Source: Eledone cirrhosa (lineage: Eukaryota). Taken from it: a DNA stretch of 64,000 nt. This document shows, one piece after another, positions 1 through 12,214 of this stretch (positions are counted from its first letter, which is position 1; the number at the start of each line of letters is the position of its first letter). The stretch spans positions 14,694,001 through 14,758,000 of the forward strand of contig OZ024742.1 in assembly GCA_964016885.1 (NCBI GenBank). Direction: 5' to 3'. The notes under the pieces were generated by a model, which was not told where the DNA came from, searched no databases, and saw only the letters and a program-made list of their open reading frames with translations. The translations under genes and the position numbers were made by a program.

Positions 1-2276
1 CCTGAGAAAGGAGAAAACCCCCCTCCTTCCGAAACCGGCTCCACGGCTACCAGCAACAGGACAAGCGGCAACCATGAACGATAGGTCCGTGGCACCCATA
101 CCCACGCCACGGAAATCAAGAACAGCAGCAGCAGTGGAAGTATTAACAACAACAACAGTAATACCAAATGCAGCTGCAACAGAGACTCCGCTGCAAACAT
201 CACCAACAACAACAAGTGAAAGAGTGGAGCTGGTACCCCTCCCCGACCTCACAGTATCAGACATGGAGTGTGAGGTGGGAGAGGGATGGCAAAAGGTCGA
301 AAGAAGGCACAAACGCAGAAGCAGCGCATCGTCGCCTTCGAAAAGGGAGGAAAGAAATGAAAAAAGGGTAAAGGCTACTGCAAAGAGACTCACAGCAGCA
401 GCACCCACACTAGCACCACCATCACCACCGGCGACAACCCAACCGCCAACAACAACAACACCTTCAACACCACCACCACAAGCACCAACATCGCAAACAC
501 AACAAAACACACACACCCTGCAACAACGACAAGAAAATAGCAGAACCACACCCCACCCCCAGAAAAACAAATGCACGGCAATAAATACACACAACAATAA
601 ACTAATGACTTACATAATTGAACACAGACATTTCACAGCACGACTACATAATACCAGCACCAATCAAAACGCCAACGAACATAAGACTGGTAAAAATAGC
701 ACAGAAACAATACACAAACATTAAAACGAAATTCCCCAACGCAGTTGGTGATTTCAGAGACCTAGGAGGGACTCTCAACCGTAGAGTATATTCGGACATA
801 CTCATAGAAGAGCCGACGACCAGCCGAAGGGACGATTCAACGGTCCCTTCACCAGACGATCAAGTGAAAAGGGATGGAGAAACCATCCTTCCTCTACGAA
901 AAGTACGGTAAGTGGTCTTTCCCATCTTTTCCACTCCATTTTAAACATGACCTCACTCAGAATAGGCAGCATAAATGCGCGTGGCTTGGGGTCGTCATGG
1001 AAGCAGGGTCACCTGCTCAACGACCTCAGGTCACTAAACATAGATGTAGTGGCCATCAGCGAGACCAGAATCTCCGAAGCACGGGCCTTCGGACCGATCC
1101 TCGGTGGCTACGATGTGTACGCATCTCCCAGCCGTCCTGGATCGGGGGATGGAGTTGCTGTGCTTTTTCGGAGAGGTTTGGATCTCGCCATACGGGCCAT
1201 CTTCCTGGACCCAGAGGGTAAGTTGGTGGTGCTGGACGTGACCAGCGGAGACGGGCAAGCTTTCAGGCTAGTGGCCGTCTATACCCCTACAGGAGCAGGG
1301 CGGCCTGATTTCTTCCGGCGTCTGGAGACCTTTCTTGGAACGTCCCGCTATTTAGTGTTAGTGGGCGACTGGAACGGGATCTTAGATGCACGCTGGGGCT
1401 GTGTGGGATTAGCGGTTAGGGGTGGAGGGTGCAAGAGCCTCACCAACCTGCTCAGGCGTTTTGAACTGTCTTACAGGTACCGATTGGATTTCCCGAATGT
1501 GCCAATGTGGACTTGGACAAATCGCATAGGGTCATCCAGATCATATCTAGATAGAGTATTTTGTAAGGAAATAGATAGGTCTAGCATAGGCTGTCCACAA
1601 TTCAAGATAGTCAGCTACACGGACCACAAATTCGTGATCTGTGTGCTTGACTTAGATAGGCTTCATAGACGAGGACTCGGCTACTGGAAGCTAAACGCGT
1701 TTCTCAATAGAGAAAATAGAGCAGAGGGAGAACTAGTTAGAAAATTAGACGAGGCGCTTAGCAAAGGCATCGCGACCGACGTACTTGCGGCGAAATTGGC
1801 CCTTGACCAATTCTTCAATGCAAAGCACGAAGGCTGCGTTGTCAGTGCTAGGGTGCGTGCTCAGACACGAGGGGACGAAAGCCGTTCAATGGGCCCGAGT
1901 GGCGGAGGCGCGTCGTGGCAACAAAGCCACGATCCGATCTTTGGTCGACCACGACGGGCGCATGCTACTCGATCCCGGGCAAATGTGTTAAGCTTTTCAG
2001 CGACACTTCGCTCAGCTGTTCGGGGGCAGCGGTGGGCCGGGTCGAGGGATGGACTTTAGTGTCTACCTCGACGGACTGCCGCGGCTCTCGGCCACTGAGG
2101 CGGAGTGTTGCGAAAAGCCGATAACAGCCGCTGAAGTACGGGAGGCAATGACTGGCTGCACAAGGGGTAAATCGCCTGGTTTGGATGGTCTGCCCTATGA
2201 ACTTTACGTACATATGCCAGACTTGTTCGGATGCCTCTTGGCGGACGTCTACTGCAACTGGCAACAGAACGGGAGG

Positions 2277-2510
2277 AAAGTTCATAGGGCAGACCATCCA
2301 AACCAGGCGATTTACCCCTTGTGCAGTCAGACATTGCCTCCCGTACTTCAGCTGCTGTTATCGGCTTTTTGCAACACTCCGCCTCAGTGGCCGAGAGCCG
2401 CGGCCGTCATGTCGAGGTAGACACTAAAGTCCATCCCTCTATCCGGCCCGCCGCTACCCCCGAACAGCTGAGCGAAGTGTCGCTGAAAAGCTTCACACAT
2501 GTTCCCGGGT
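2277..2510 (-). repeat. Inverted, slightly diverged copy of Tx1 segment about 1973-2204 (fold-back); also at 35698-35931
   Basis: Reverse complement reads CEAFQRHFAQLFG..MDFSVYLD..CTRGKSPGLDGLPYEL, matching the adjacent forward sequence. Confidence 0.9.
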
Positions 2511-2511
2511 T

Positions 2512-2715
2512 TAATAATAATAATAATTGTTTCTACTTTAGGCGCAAGGCCAGCAATTACCCAGTGCATTACTGGTACTTTATTTTATCGACCCCGTAAG
2601 GATGAAAGGCAAAGTAAACCTCGGCGGGATTTGAACTCAGACGTAACTATGCTGGAAAGCATAGCGTCCGACTCTCTAACGATACTGCCAATCCACCACC
2701 GCGATTAATAATAAT
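2512..2715 (-). mobile_element. tRNA-derived SINE with (TTA)n tail; also about 35933-36136
   Basis: Reverse complement of the SINE at 22592 (tggcagtatcg A-box, gagttcaaatcc B-box, ctttgcctttcatccttacggggtcgataaaataaagtaccag core). Confidence 0.85.
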
Positions 2716-4859
2716 AATGATTTCATTTATTAGCCAATAGGGCTGACATGTAGCGGACAATACAAAGACAGGGACAGTGGGGGTTTACAATAAGGTCGAG
2801 TAAAAGTGCACAATGGCAAGACTAATTTAACAATGAAGATATAAAAATATAAAATAAACTATGCATAAATATGACAAAATAAATTCCCCAATAAGGGGTG
2901 GACACATCGTAGAGAGGGTAGTTAGGGAACCTGGCACGGGTGGGTCCTTGATCAATTTAGATCAGTCGAAAGTTTTCGATAGGGTCGACCATCGTTATCT
3001 GGCGGCAGTCCTGAGGGTGGCTGACTTTGGGCCCGTCTTCAGAGGCTGGATCGCTGCCATGCACAGCGACATCTGCTCTGTGGTGAGAGTGAACGGTCAC
3101 CTTTCGGAACCGTTCAACATCATGCGCTCAGTCCGCCAAGGATGTCCCCTCTCGTCCCTCTTGTACGTATTGACTCTCGAGCCATTACTGCACAAACTGG
3201 AGACGTTGACGGGGCCGCGCGAACTAGGATGTGGAAGATCCGTGTCAGCATATGCGGACGATGTCACCATAGTGGTGTCGAACGCCAAACACATCGAGGT
3301 GATCGGCACTACACTAAGAGAATATGAAGCGGTGACAGGAGCAATGATCAACCAGGAAAAGTCGGTGGGCCTGCAGCTCGGCACCTGGAGAGGCAGGTCT
3401 ATGCTGTCCAACAACGTCGTCGGGCGCTGGACGGATGGACCGGTTAAATTGCTAGGGGCCTGGTTCGGTCCGGACCTGCAGACGGACAAAAACTGGGACG
3501 AGGTGACGAGCAGGGTGTCTTCTCTCACCCAGAAATGGGCAGAGAGGAAGCTATCCCTAAAAGTTCGAGCGGAGGTGGCGAATGCGTACATCGCGTCCGT
3601 CATCTACTACCGCCTGACCGTCGTACCTTGTCCTAAGCCTCGCCTGACTGTGCTGGAGCGTTTGCTCTTTCGTTTTTTGTGGAAGGGACGCGCTCCGATG
3701 GTCAGGCGGTCCATCTGCTGTCAACACCCGCTACGTGGAGGGCTGGGCATGCCGTGACTGATGATGCGCAGACACGCGCTCAGGCTACGACATCTCCACC
3801 TCTTCCTCGACGGTGATTAGGTGTGGTCGCCGTTTGCTAGACGCATCTTTCCCCAGCTCGTCTCCTTGGCGGAGCTGCAGTCCTGGGTCAAGCGAAGACC
3901 GAGAGGGAGTGCTTGGAGACTGGAATGTCTTCAGGCCCTCACAACCCTCAACCAGTCGGGCAATGTGATTGGTGGAAACACCACCTTGGCGTTCTATGGA
4001 GGATTAGTGGAAGAGCGACGACGTACTTGGGGAAACTCTAGGCGTCGACGAAAATCAACTAGCCAATCTCTTCGGAAGAATTTCGGGCCGGGGCCTATGG
4101 ACAACTTCCAGAAATCCCTGGCCTGACAGTGCTACCGCGGAGCTTTGCCAGTTCGGGATAAACTCTACAGGCATGGAAGTGCTGTCCGCCGGGCATATCC
4201 GAGATGCACACAGAGCGACGAAACCATCCTGCACGCACTTGTCCAGTGTCCGAGCATTGCTGACTTGTGGGTTTATGTCGAACACCTGCTGTCGCGTGTG
4301 GGACGGATCCGGCTATCAGCTGAGTCCATCGTGAGGATTGCCCCGCCCTCTTCCTTTATCCGGGAAGGGCAGGCAGTTTTTATCTGTCTGGTGGCCATGG
4401 CGAAAGGGATAGTATGTTGGACGCGTCTGAAAGGGCTGAAGATGAGCACTTACCTCTTCGGTGATGCCCTGATTAACTTTTTCAAATTTCATTTGAAAAG
4501 GAAAATCAGGGTAGAGAGGGAAGCGCTCTCTTCCCAGCTTTTTGTTAAAAGATGGGTGAGAGAGGCAAGAATAGCCCGAGTATGTGCCTGTAAATTGAAG
4601 GTGGAAAACTGGGAGAGGGCACTTGCCCTGGTGGTCAGGTTCACCGTGGCTTTTTTTAATGGGCTTTCTCCACGATGGCCCTCGGAAGTCTCCCCCTATT
4701 GGGGAATTTTTCATTGTTCCTTTTTTGTTACATCCTCTGTTTTTGTTTTTTTAAACACGCAGAAATGCCTATTTATACCGTCCTGTATTGTCCTGTACTG
4801 TCCTTAATGTCTTACTTTGTGTAAACCCTTTTGGTTAATAAAGAAAGCATTATTATTGT

Positions 4860-5300
4860 TATTTTGCTAAACTGCTATATTTAGCTTTTGTTGATCTAGA
4901 AAAGGCCTTTGACAGTACCTCACTCTATTATCTGGTGGCCCTTAAGGAAATTAGGCATAGAAGAATGACTTGTTACAGCAGTGTAAGGCATTTACAGAGG
5001 AGCTGTCAGTAAAGTGAGAGTAGGAAATGAGTTTAGTGAGGAATTCAAGTTACATGTAGGAGTTCATCCAGGTTGGGTAGCCCACTACCATTGATTATAG
5101 TTCTCCAGGCCATAACAGAGGAGTTTAAACATGGCTGCCCTTGAGAACTTCTCTCTGCAGATGATTAGGGACTTACAGCTGAATCCATAAAAGAACTAGA
5201 ATAAGTTCCGACTATGGAAACAGAATTTGGTGTCAAAAGGTCTGAGAGTAAACTTAGCCAAAACTAAAGTGCTAGTAAGTAGAAGAGAAGATAGGACTTA
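4860..5300 (+). mobile_element. Degraded RTE-clade RT fragment; also about 38281-38720
   Basis: LAFVDLEKAFD, IIVLQAITEEF and LL.ADD remnants with stops. Confidence 0.8.
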
Positions 5301-5369
5301 TTCCAACTCCCCCTGTTTATTCCACCTCACCCACTATTATTTGGGAGCTCAGAGTATATATATATATAT

Positions 5370-5559
5370 ATAACGAAGGAGTTGTGGTACGGAACCAGAT
5401 GGACCATAATGCACCAGAGTACTCAATACTTAGGGTAGTAGAGTGGGTAATAGGAAAATGTATGACCCCGACGGCAGAGCTAAATCCGTCAACGGCTATT
5501 TCAGTCCAGAAATAGCCATCAAAATGGCTTGAGCTCTGCCATCGGGGTCATACATTTTC
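5370..5559 (+). mobile_element. About 190-bp non-autonomous element with terminal hairpin, inserted in (TA)n; also about 38792-38981
   Basis: Stem gtatgaccccgacggcagagct / agctctgccatcggggtcatac; a homologous element lies in the opposite orientation at 7706-7898. Confidence 0.7.
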
Positions 5560-5570
5560 ATATATATATA

Positions 5571-6316
5571 CGAGGTGTGTCAGAAAAGTTCCAGGACTGA
5601 TGTCACAAAAGATTTATTTCAAACCCAAACTTCACACTAAGAGTTTTCACCTTCAAAGTAAACCCCCTGGAGTATGTAACTGTAATCTTAAACGAACTAA
5701 GGGAGAAATTAGGAATAAGAGGGATCAGATGTTGTTTACTCGAGAGAAGACTACGTTGGTACGGTCACGTGATGCGCATGAAAGACGACAGCTGTATAAA
5801 AAAGTGCAGGGCGATAAAAATAGACGGTAGCCACGGAGTAGGCAGACCCAGAAAAACCTGGGACGACTTGATACATTCCGACCTCACACACTTACACCTC
5901 TCCAAGACAATGTCACTGGACCGAGATCTTTGGCGCTACACAGTAATACAGAAGACCCGCCTTACCGAAGTAGGCACCTCTAACAAAAATATCCCCCGTC
6001 CCACTACCCCCACCCCATCCACACCACCCCTTTCAATGTAAAGTTATGTTGGTACCACAACATCCAGTCCGATACAAATGAGGTCGTGTAGGTGTCCCGA
6101 CAAAAAAAAAAAATACACAGTCCACGCTGTAATGTGGCCGTGTAGGTAACACGGTAAAAACCTCCAGTCCAAACTGTAAACATGGTTGGTGTTAGGAAGG
6201 GCATCCAGCCGTAGAAAACCTGCCAGACAGTCCTATACGAGCAAGGCAACCAATCTTGCTTCAAGTGGGAAAATTCCCGTCCAAACCCATGCTAACGTGG
6301 AAGATGGACGTTAAAC

Positions 6317-6371
<55 letters not shown>

Positions 6372-7139
6372 AGCTCTCTGCAGCGATCAAACTTTTTTCT
6401 TCAGAATTTTATATACATGTCCTCTGTTTCAGGTCGTCAAGCAATGAGCACAGAGCAACGAACGGTTGGGGAAAACTCCGTCAGAAGCACTGGGATTGCT
6501 GCAAGTGTATGGAGCTGAGACGATGCCACGCTCACGTGTTTTTGTGTGGTGCAAGAGGTTTAAAGAAGGACGCGAGGACGTGGAAGATGACCCCAGGAGT
6601 GGAAGGCCCACAACAACCAGGACTGAGGTCAACGTTGAGCGCGTCAGGCAGATGGTGCGTAGCGATCGTCGGCTGACTGTTTGACTGATGGCAAATGAGC
6701 TGGGCATGAATCGGGACAGCGTCTGGAAGATTCTCACTGCAGATTTGGACATGCGGAAAGTCTGCGTGAAGATGGTGCCAAAACTGCTGAACCATGACCA
6801 GAAGGGTCGACGCATGCAAGTGTGCCAGGACATCCTCGAGCGTCTTGAAACCGAACCAGACTTGCTAGGGACAGTCATCACCGGTGATGAGTCATGGATC
6901 TTCGAGTACGCCCGGAAGGGACCCGTTTTGAAGACGTGGACGACATCAAAAAGGCCCTGACGACGGAACTGCGGAGGATCCCGGAAGAACCTTTCCAGGA
7001 GTGCATTCAAGCGGGGAAGAAAAGGATGAAAAAGTGCATTAGACTCTAGGGGGGTTACTTTGAAGGAGAAAACTGTTAGTGTGAAGTTTGGGTTTGAAAT
7101 AAATCTTTTCTGGCATCAGTCCTGGAACTTTTCTGACAC

Positions 7140-7140
<1 letters not shown>
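5571..7140 (+). mobile_element. Mariner-type DNA transposon, internally deleted, TIRs about 100 bp, interrupted by an RTE 3' end
   Basis: TIR tgtgtcagaaaagttccaggactgatg / catcagtcctggaacttttctgacaca; transposase motifs [26 protein letters not shown]; TA flanks. Confidence 0.9.
5690..6372 (+). mobile_element. RTE-clade LINE 3' end with (GAT)n tail; also about 39113-39806
   Basis: RRLRWYGHVMRM..GRPRKTW C-terminus, 3' UTR and (GAT)n tail. Confidence 0.88.
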
Positions 7141-7218
<78 letters not shown>

Positions 7219-7705
7219 TATAGATATATATATAGAGAGAGAGATATATTGGATATAGATATATAAATACGGCTCCTTAATTGTAGAGCTAACTCTGTTG
7301 AAAGGAATCGACTGCTGTTTCTAGTTGTCGATAACCCTATTCACGCCACTGAGACGAAGCTACTATGATGTGTAAATACAACACGTGGTAATAGCCAGCT
7401 GAAGATTTGAACTTGTAGTGTAAACATGGATTGTTGGAAATTTTCTTCCTTGTTGAAAATCCAAAATATCCACTTCCGTGGTTTACCATCTGATTAATTG
7501 GTGAAATATATTTCTTTAATGGAATATATAGAGGGAAGATTAATCATATTATAAGATATCTATTTTTGAAGTTCTAGTCAACTTTATTTAGTTACCTACC
7601 TAGCTATGTGTGGTCACACACTTGTAAAATTTATCTCCTGTGATTATTCATGGTTATATATATGTTAATCAATTTCTAGTTATTATATATATATATGTGT
7701 GTGTG

Positions 7706-7895
7706 AAAAGAGTCAGGACCCCGACAGTTGTGCTCCGGCCGTTTCGACAGCTAGATCCGAACTAACCCAGCTGGGTTAGTTTAGATCTAGCTCAGCCGTC
7801 GGGGTCCTGACTCTTTGCCTACTACCCACTCTACTTTAAGTATCGAGTACTCTGGTGCGTGATAGTCCACCAGGTTCCTTACCACACTTTCTTTG

Positions 7896-7898
<3 letters not shown>
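7706..7898 (-). mobile_element. Hairpin-ended element of the same family as 5370-5559, opposite orientation; also about 41084-41276
   Basis: Stem aaagagtcaggaccccgac / gtcggggtcctgactcttt with inner ctagatc..aactaacccagctgggttagtt..gatctag; body aligns with the reverse complement of 5370-5455. Confidence 0.7.
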
Positions 7899-7943
<45 letters not shown>

Positions 7944-8141
7944 GAGAGGTATAGAGATTGTTTTAGCGAGAAGCTAACAGCACTCTATAACATATATGCG
8001 ACTATAACGTCAAGATGGGAAAAGTAGTTAACGTAAGATTTAGGAAAGATAATTCAAACTCATCTCAAAAGAGAATCAGGATACAAATTCATCCACAGAA
8101 TTTAGTGCAATCCAGGGAAAAATCAATAGACCTTTAACTCA

Positions 8142-8205
<64 letters not shown>

Positions 8206-8212
8206 TTATATA

Positions 8213-9506
8213 CAGGGTGTGGACGATATTTGTTCGCAATTTTCAACTGCTAATTTTATGCAAATTATTTTTACTTCCGTTGTCACTCTTGTCTTCATAA
8301 AAACAGTGACTATATTTCCATTATTTATTTTCAGAATAATTGATTATGAATAATTTTGAACCTCCAAATTTGTGGAAGAGACACGGAGTTCTTCTTGGAA
8401 TCCGTGCCGGGAAGACAAATAAAGAAATTTCAGACATTCTCAGTGTCAGCAGGAGAATGGTGGAAAAGGTCAGAAGGGAATTGGAAGATTCAGGATTCGA
8501 CTACGAAGCAACATCAGAGAGGAAAACACATGATCAACGATCTGACGCCTTCAGAACGCCCGAGTTCGTTGCTGAAGTTCAGGATATCATCAACAATGAA
8601 CCTAGCAAGTCGATGCATGCCATTGCAAGGAAGAAAAACATGGATGAAAAGCTCATTAGGCTGGTGGTACATGAAGACATTCGCTACGTTTCATACAAGA
8701 TGAGGAAAAGACAATTTCTTTCAAAGGCGATGCAAGAAAAGCGACTGAAGCACGTAAAGAAGCTGATCAACAAGTTGAAACACCCACTGGAGCCAGACAT
8801 GCTGTTATTTTTTTCCGACGAGAAAAACTTCTGCTAAACCAGAAGATCAACTCCCAGAACAACAGGTGGCTCGCTGTCTCATCCAAAGACGTGCCCAGAG
8901 TCATGCAGACAAAGTTTCCAGCGACAACATTGGTCTTAGTTGTCGTCAGCAGTCAAGGTGACGTCATGCCACCTCACTTCTTCCCTGAGGGCCTCAAGCT
9001 GAACACCGATGGCTACATCCGCGTTCTGAGCGAGGTAGTAAAGCCCTGGATCGACCAGTTAGCTCCAGGTAGGCCGTACGTGTGGCAGCAAGGCTCAGCG
9101 CCCTGCCATACCAGCCGAAAGAACCCAAGCCTGGCTGTCAGAGAACTTTGTTGACCACACTTCACCTGACGTCTGGCCTCCCAGCTCGCCTGACTGCAAC
9201 TCCCTCGACTTCTTTGTGTGGGGCGCAGTGGAACAAGACACCAACAGACCTAGCTGCAATACGAAAGACGATCTGAAGGCCAGGATCACAATTGCCTTTA
9301 GGGGCCTAAGTCGGGGGACAGTGACAAAGGCCTGTAGCCGGATCCGAGGCCGTCATCAAAGCCAATGGCGGGTTTATCGAGTGAGATCGAAAGAACAAGT
9401 GATGAAGACAAACTGATCCAAATTTGATAAATATATCTTAAAAAATAAAACTACTGTGTTACTTTTTCCTAGTTACTGTTTCTTGCGAACAAATATCGTC
9501 TGCACC

Positions 9507-9509
<3 letters not shown>
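8213..9509 (+). mobile_element. maT (DD37D) Tc1/mariner transposon, full length, transposase pseudogene
   Basis: TIR cagggtgtggacgatatttgttcgcaa / ttgcgaacaaatatcgtctgcaccctg in (TA)n; FSDEK, WQxDSAPCH (D is G in this copy), SPDCNSLD with 37 residues between D2 and D3 after frameshift repair. Confidence 0.9.
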
Positions 9510-9581
<72 letters not shown>

Positions 9582-9789
9582 AATGAAGTAATTCCGTCGG
9601 AAAAGTCCAGGAGAAAAGAGTGCTCTATGTAGGTAACAGAGCTTAATAGTTATGTAATAAACAACACAAGGCAATTATTCCATTTACCAGTGGTTTCTTA
9701 AAAGCAAAAAATTTTGCTTTCAATCATCAGAATATATATATATAATGACTGTTACATATAGTATCATTTATCATATTTTCTTCTTACAG

Positions 9790-9832
9790 GAGTAGCACAC
9801 TAATTTTAGGGCGCCAACCTACTTGCTGTCAG
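9790..9832 (+). CDS. Exon 3 (43 nt) of the Cys-rich peptide gene, upstream copy: (L)SSTLILGRQPTCCQ
   Basis: Acceptor ttttcttcttacag, donor CAG/gtaaaa; phase 2 start fits the exon 2 donor; lies in non-TE sequence. Confidence 0.72.
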
Positions 9833-10110
9833 GTAAAATAATAAAACATTTTGTTTTCTGTGTCTTCTGCTTTGGGTTTCATCCATCTCAATGAAGTAGT
9901 AGTAGTAGTAGTAGTAGTAGTGGCTTTAGTATGGTGTCTAAAGTAACACAATATCAAACCTCTACCAATTCTACCAAGACAACATACTAGTAAAACACAA
10001 CAATGTACTGTTACAATAATTTTATTTATATACCTTCCAAATTATAAATGTTATTGATCGCAGTTTTTGTTGTTGCTGTCACATGTTATAAGCAAATTTT
10101 TGTTTGAGGT

Positions 10111-10320
10111 GAAACTGGACCAACATTTAGCAAATTCACACAGACTTACAAGAAACTGGACCAACAGACTTACAAGAAACTGGGCCAACATTTAGCAAAT
10201 TCACACAGACTTACAAGAAACTGGACCAACAGACTTACAAGAAACTGGGCCAACATTTAGCAAATTCACACAGACTTACAAGATACTGGGCCAACATTTA
10301 GCAAACTCTCCCAGATTTAC
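10111..10320 (+). repeat. Minisatellite of alternating about 41-bp and 24-bp units; also 43335-43544
   Basis: gaaactggaccaacatttagcaaattcacacagacttacaa and gaaactggaccaacagacttacaa repeated, next to a degraded RT fragment. Confidence 0.85.
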
Positions 10321-11085
10321 ATGAAGTAGCTTCTCTTGTTGGTCTCCATCTTAATAAAGGTAAAACTGAGTACATCTCAAATTTATCTGCTCAAACCACC
10401 CACAAAGCACAAGGTGGAAGTGAAATTAAAAAAGTTAAAGATTTTAGGTATCCTGGTTCTTGGGTCCTGAACTCTGGAAAAGATTTAAATACCAGAAACA
10501 CCCAGGTGTGGTTAGTCATGCTTGACAGAATCTGGCTCTGTTTCTATCTATCAAATTCCTCCAAAATAAGAATCTTCCAAGTTACTATAGAACCAATTCT
10601 ACTTTATTGTAACTTGGACACTTACCATCAAACAACAAAAGTTCCTCAATGGAGTATATACATCCTTGTTGTGTCAGGCTGAAAACATAAACTGGAAGCA
10701 ATATAAGACTCTAGCAGAGTTATATAATAGTCTTCCTCAAATTTATAATTTTGTGTAAAAGAAGAAGGTGAGGTTTGTTAGCCATTGCCATCACACTTCA
10801 CATGAAGCTGTGTCTCCTTTAGTACTTTAGGAACAAACATCTGTCAAAACCCAAAGAGGTTGTAAGCTTATCCCAGTGGAAGGAAGCCACAATAGAGGAT
10901 GACTGAGAAAGACCTGCGCAGAGGTTGTGAGAGTAGACCTCAAATTACTAAGACTGGCAGAGGAGATGACGAAGGAATAAAACAAGTGGAGAGATGCTGT
11001 GCTGTGAAGGACTCATCCAACTCTTGCAAGCATGGAAAAGTGGACATAAAAACTATGATGATGATGATGATGATGATGATGTCAT
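10320..11085 (+). mobile_element. Degraded LINE RT fragment plus RTE 3' end with (GAT)n tail; also about 43544-44309
   Basis: GLHLNKGKTEY and VKDFRYPGSW remnants; gcaagcatggaaaagtggac..(gat)n tail. Confidence 0.7.
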
Positions 11086-11319
11086 AGCCAGAAACTCTGG
11101 TATTGATGACCAGGATCTAGGCAATGTAATGGGCAATAGGTTTATGTAAGGTGTGGGGATGTATCATTAAGTCTGTTTTACTTGAAGTCACAAAATAATG
11201 ATGTTGTTTAGTGGACCAATGAATTATTAACCAGTAGGTTTAGTTAGTAGTTTGTGGTGACAGACAATCAGCAAGATAACAATCAGCTTAGAACAATTTA
11301 ACCAGTGTATATATATATA

Positions 11320-11445
11320 TAGTGAAGGTGTGTGGCTTACTGGTTAGAGAATTGGATTCACAATTGTGAGGTTGCAGGTTTAATACCAGGACTGGGGAAT
11401 GTGTTATGTCCTTGAACAAGACACTTTATTTCACATTGTTCTTCC
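11320..11445 (+). mobile_element. tRNA-derived SINE 5' fragment; also about 44546-44671
   Basis: tggcttactggttag A-box, degenerate B-box, tgtccttgaacaagacactttatttcacattg core shared with 11900-12210. Confidence 0.7.
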
Positions 11446-11684
11446 TGCCAGGAGTTGTGACTGGTAGATAGTATCTATAACAGAAAGACCAATGGAAACA
11501 TTGTTTCCTTGGTCCAATTTGATGAGTTTCACCCCATTTAATAAGTGATTGAGGTTAGATCTTGTCAATAGTGAACACATTTCAAATTTTTAAATTTGCC
11601 AATCTTCTTATGTCAACCACTTTGTTTAATCATCAAAAGTGTATCTAATAAAATTACTGATTCCATTTTCTTTTTTTATTTCAG

Positions 11685-11870
11685 ATTTAGTTTTCACAGT
11701 TCCACAAAGATCTGAAAATCCGGTTTCCAAATGCCTTTGCCACCCACAAAATGTCTTCAGAGCGTCTAATAAAAGCTATGCCATTTTTCCTGAATTTCAA
11801 AGAATGATGTTTTTTTCTTCTTTTTCTATTAACAACATGTAATTCAATAAAATAAAATGTTAACATTATT
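11685..11870 (+). CDS. Terminal exon 4 (Ile, TAG, 3' UTR) of the peptide gene, upstream copy
   Basis: Branch-like tactgat, strong pyrimidine tract ttttctttttttatttcag, then ATT TAG; AATAAA at 11768 and 11846/11851. The 3' end is approximate. Confidence 0.65.
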
Positions 11871-11899
11871 TTCTCTCCATAATTATTATTATTTGTTGT

Positions 11900-12210
11900 A
11901 GCATATGGCCTAGTGGTAAGTGTGTTAGACTTATGATGATAATACCAATGGTTAGATTCCTGTGCTGGGTTGTGCGTTGTGTTCTTGAGCAGCATACTTC
12001 ATTTCACATTGTTCCAGTATACTCAGCTGAAAATGAGTACTGTCCATAGCTGGGGGTTTAACCTTGTGATCGAATGGCATCCTTTCAAGGGGGAGTCTTG
12101 TATCCTCAGTCACTTAACACCATGGAAACCAAGGTAAGCACCTAATGAACCTCCAGGTTTGGGACATCCTTGTGTGGCTAATAAAGGAATCAATGTTGTT
12201 GTTGTTGAAA
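11900..12210 (+). mobile_element. tRNA-derived SINE; also about 45126-45436
   Basis: tggcctagtggtaag A-box, ggttagattcc B-box, ttcttgagcagcatacttcatttcac core, (GTT)n tail; a reverse homologue lies at 28635-28895. Confidence 0.75.
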
Positions 12211-12214
12211 CAAC

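Larger units (their letters stand above)
1..4850 (+). mobile_element. Tx1/L1-clade non-LTR retrotransposon (3' part of ORF1 plus disrupted APE-RT ORF2), upstream-unit copy
   Basis: APE endonuclease motifs (SINARG, ISET, GDWN, YLDR, TDHK) at 947; RT motifs (QGCPLS, YADD) at 2861-3757; C-terminal RC..ETILHALVQC; AATAAA then (ATT)n at the 3' end; stops and frameshifts. Confidence 0.93.

Noticed and set aside
947-4807. Functional reverse transcriptase or a novel RT-based system
   Set aside because: Standard Tx1/L1 ORF2 with stops, a deletion, an inversion and a SINE insertion.
6318-6518. Poly-Met ORF and the similar IYIY, MYVC and LSLS ORFs
   Set aside because: These are translations of (GAT)n, (TA)n, (TATG)n and (CT)n microsatellites.
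10111-10320. CRISPR-like repeat array
   Set aside because: No unique spacers, no cas genes, eukaryotic context; it is a minisatellite.
11639-11842. 67-aa ORF as an independent gene
   Set aside because: Non-ATG start; it runs across the intron acceptor into the terminal exon, in a frame used only by the weaker alternative donor.
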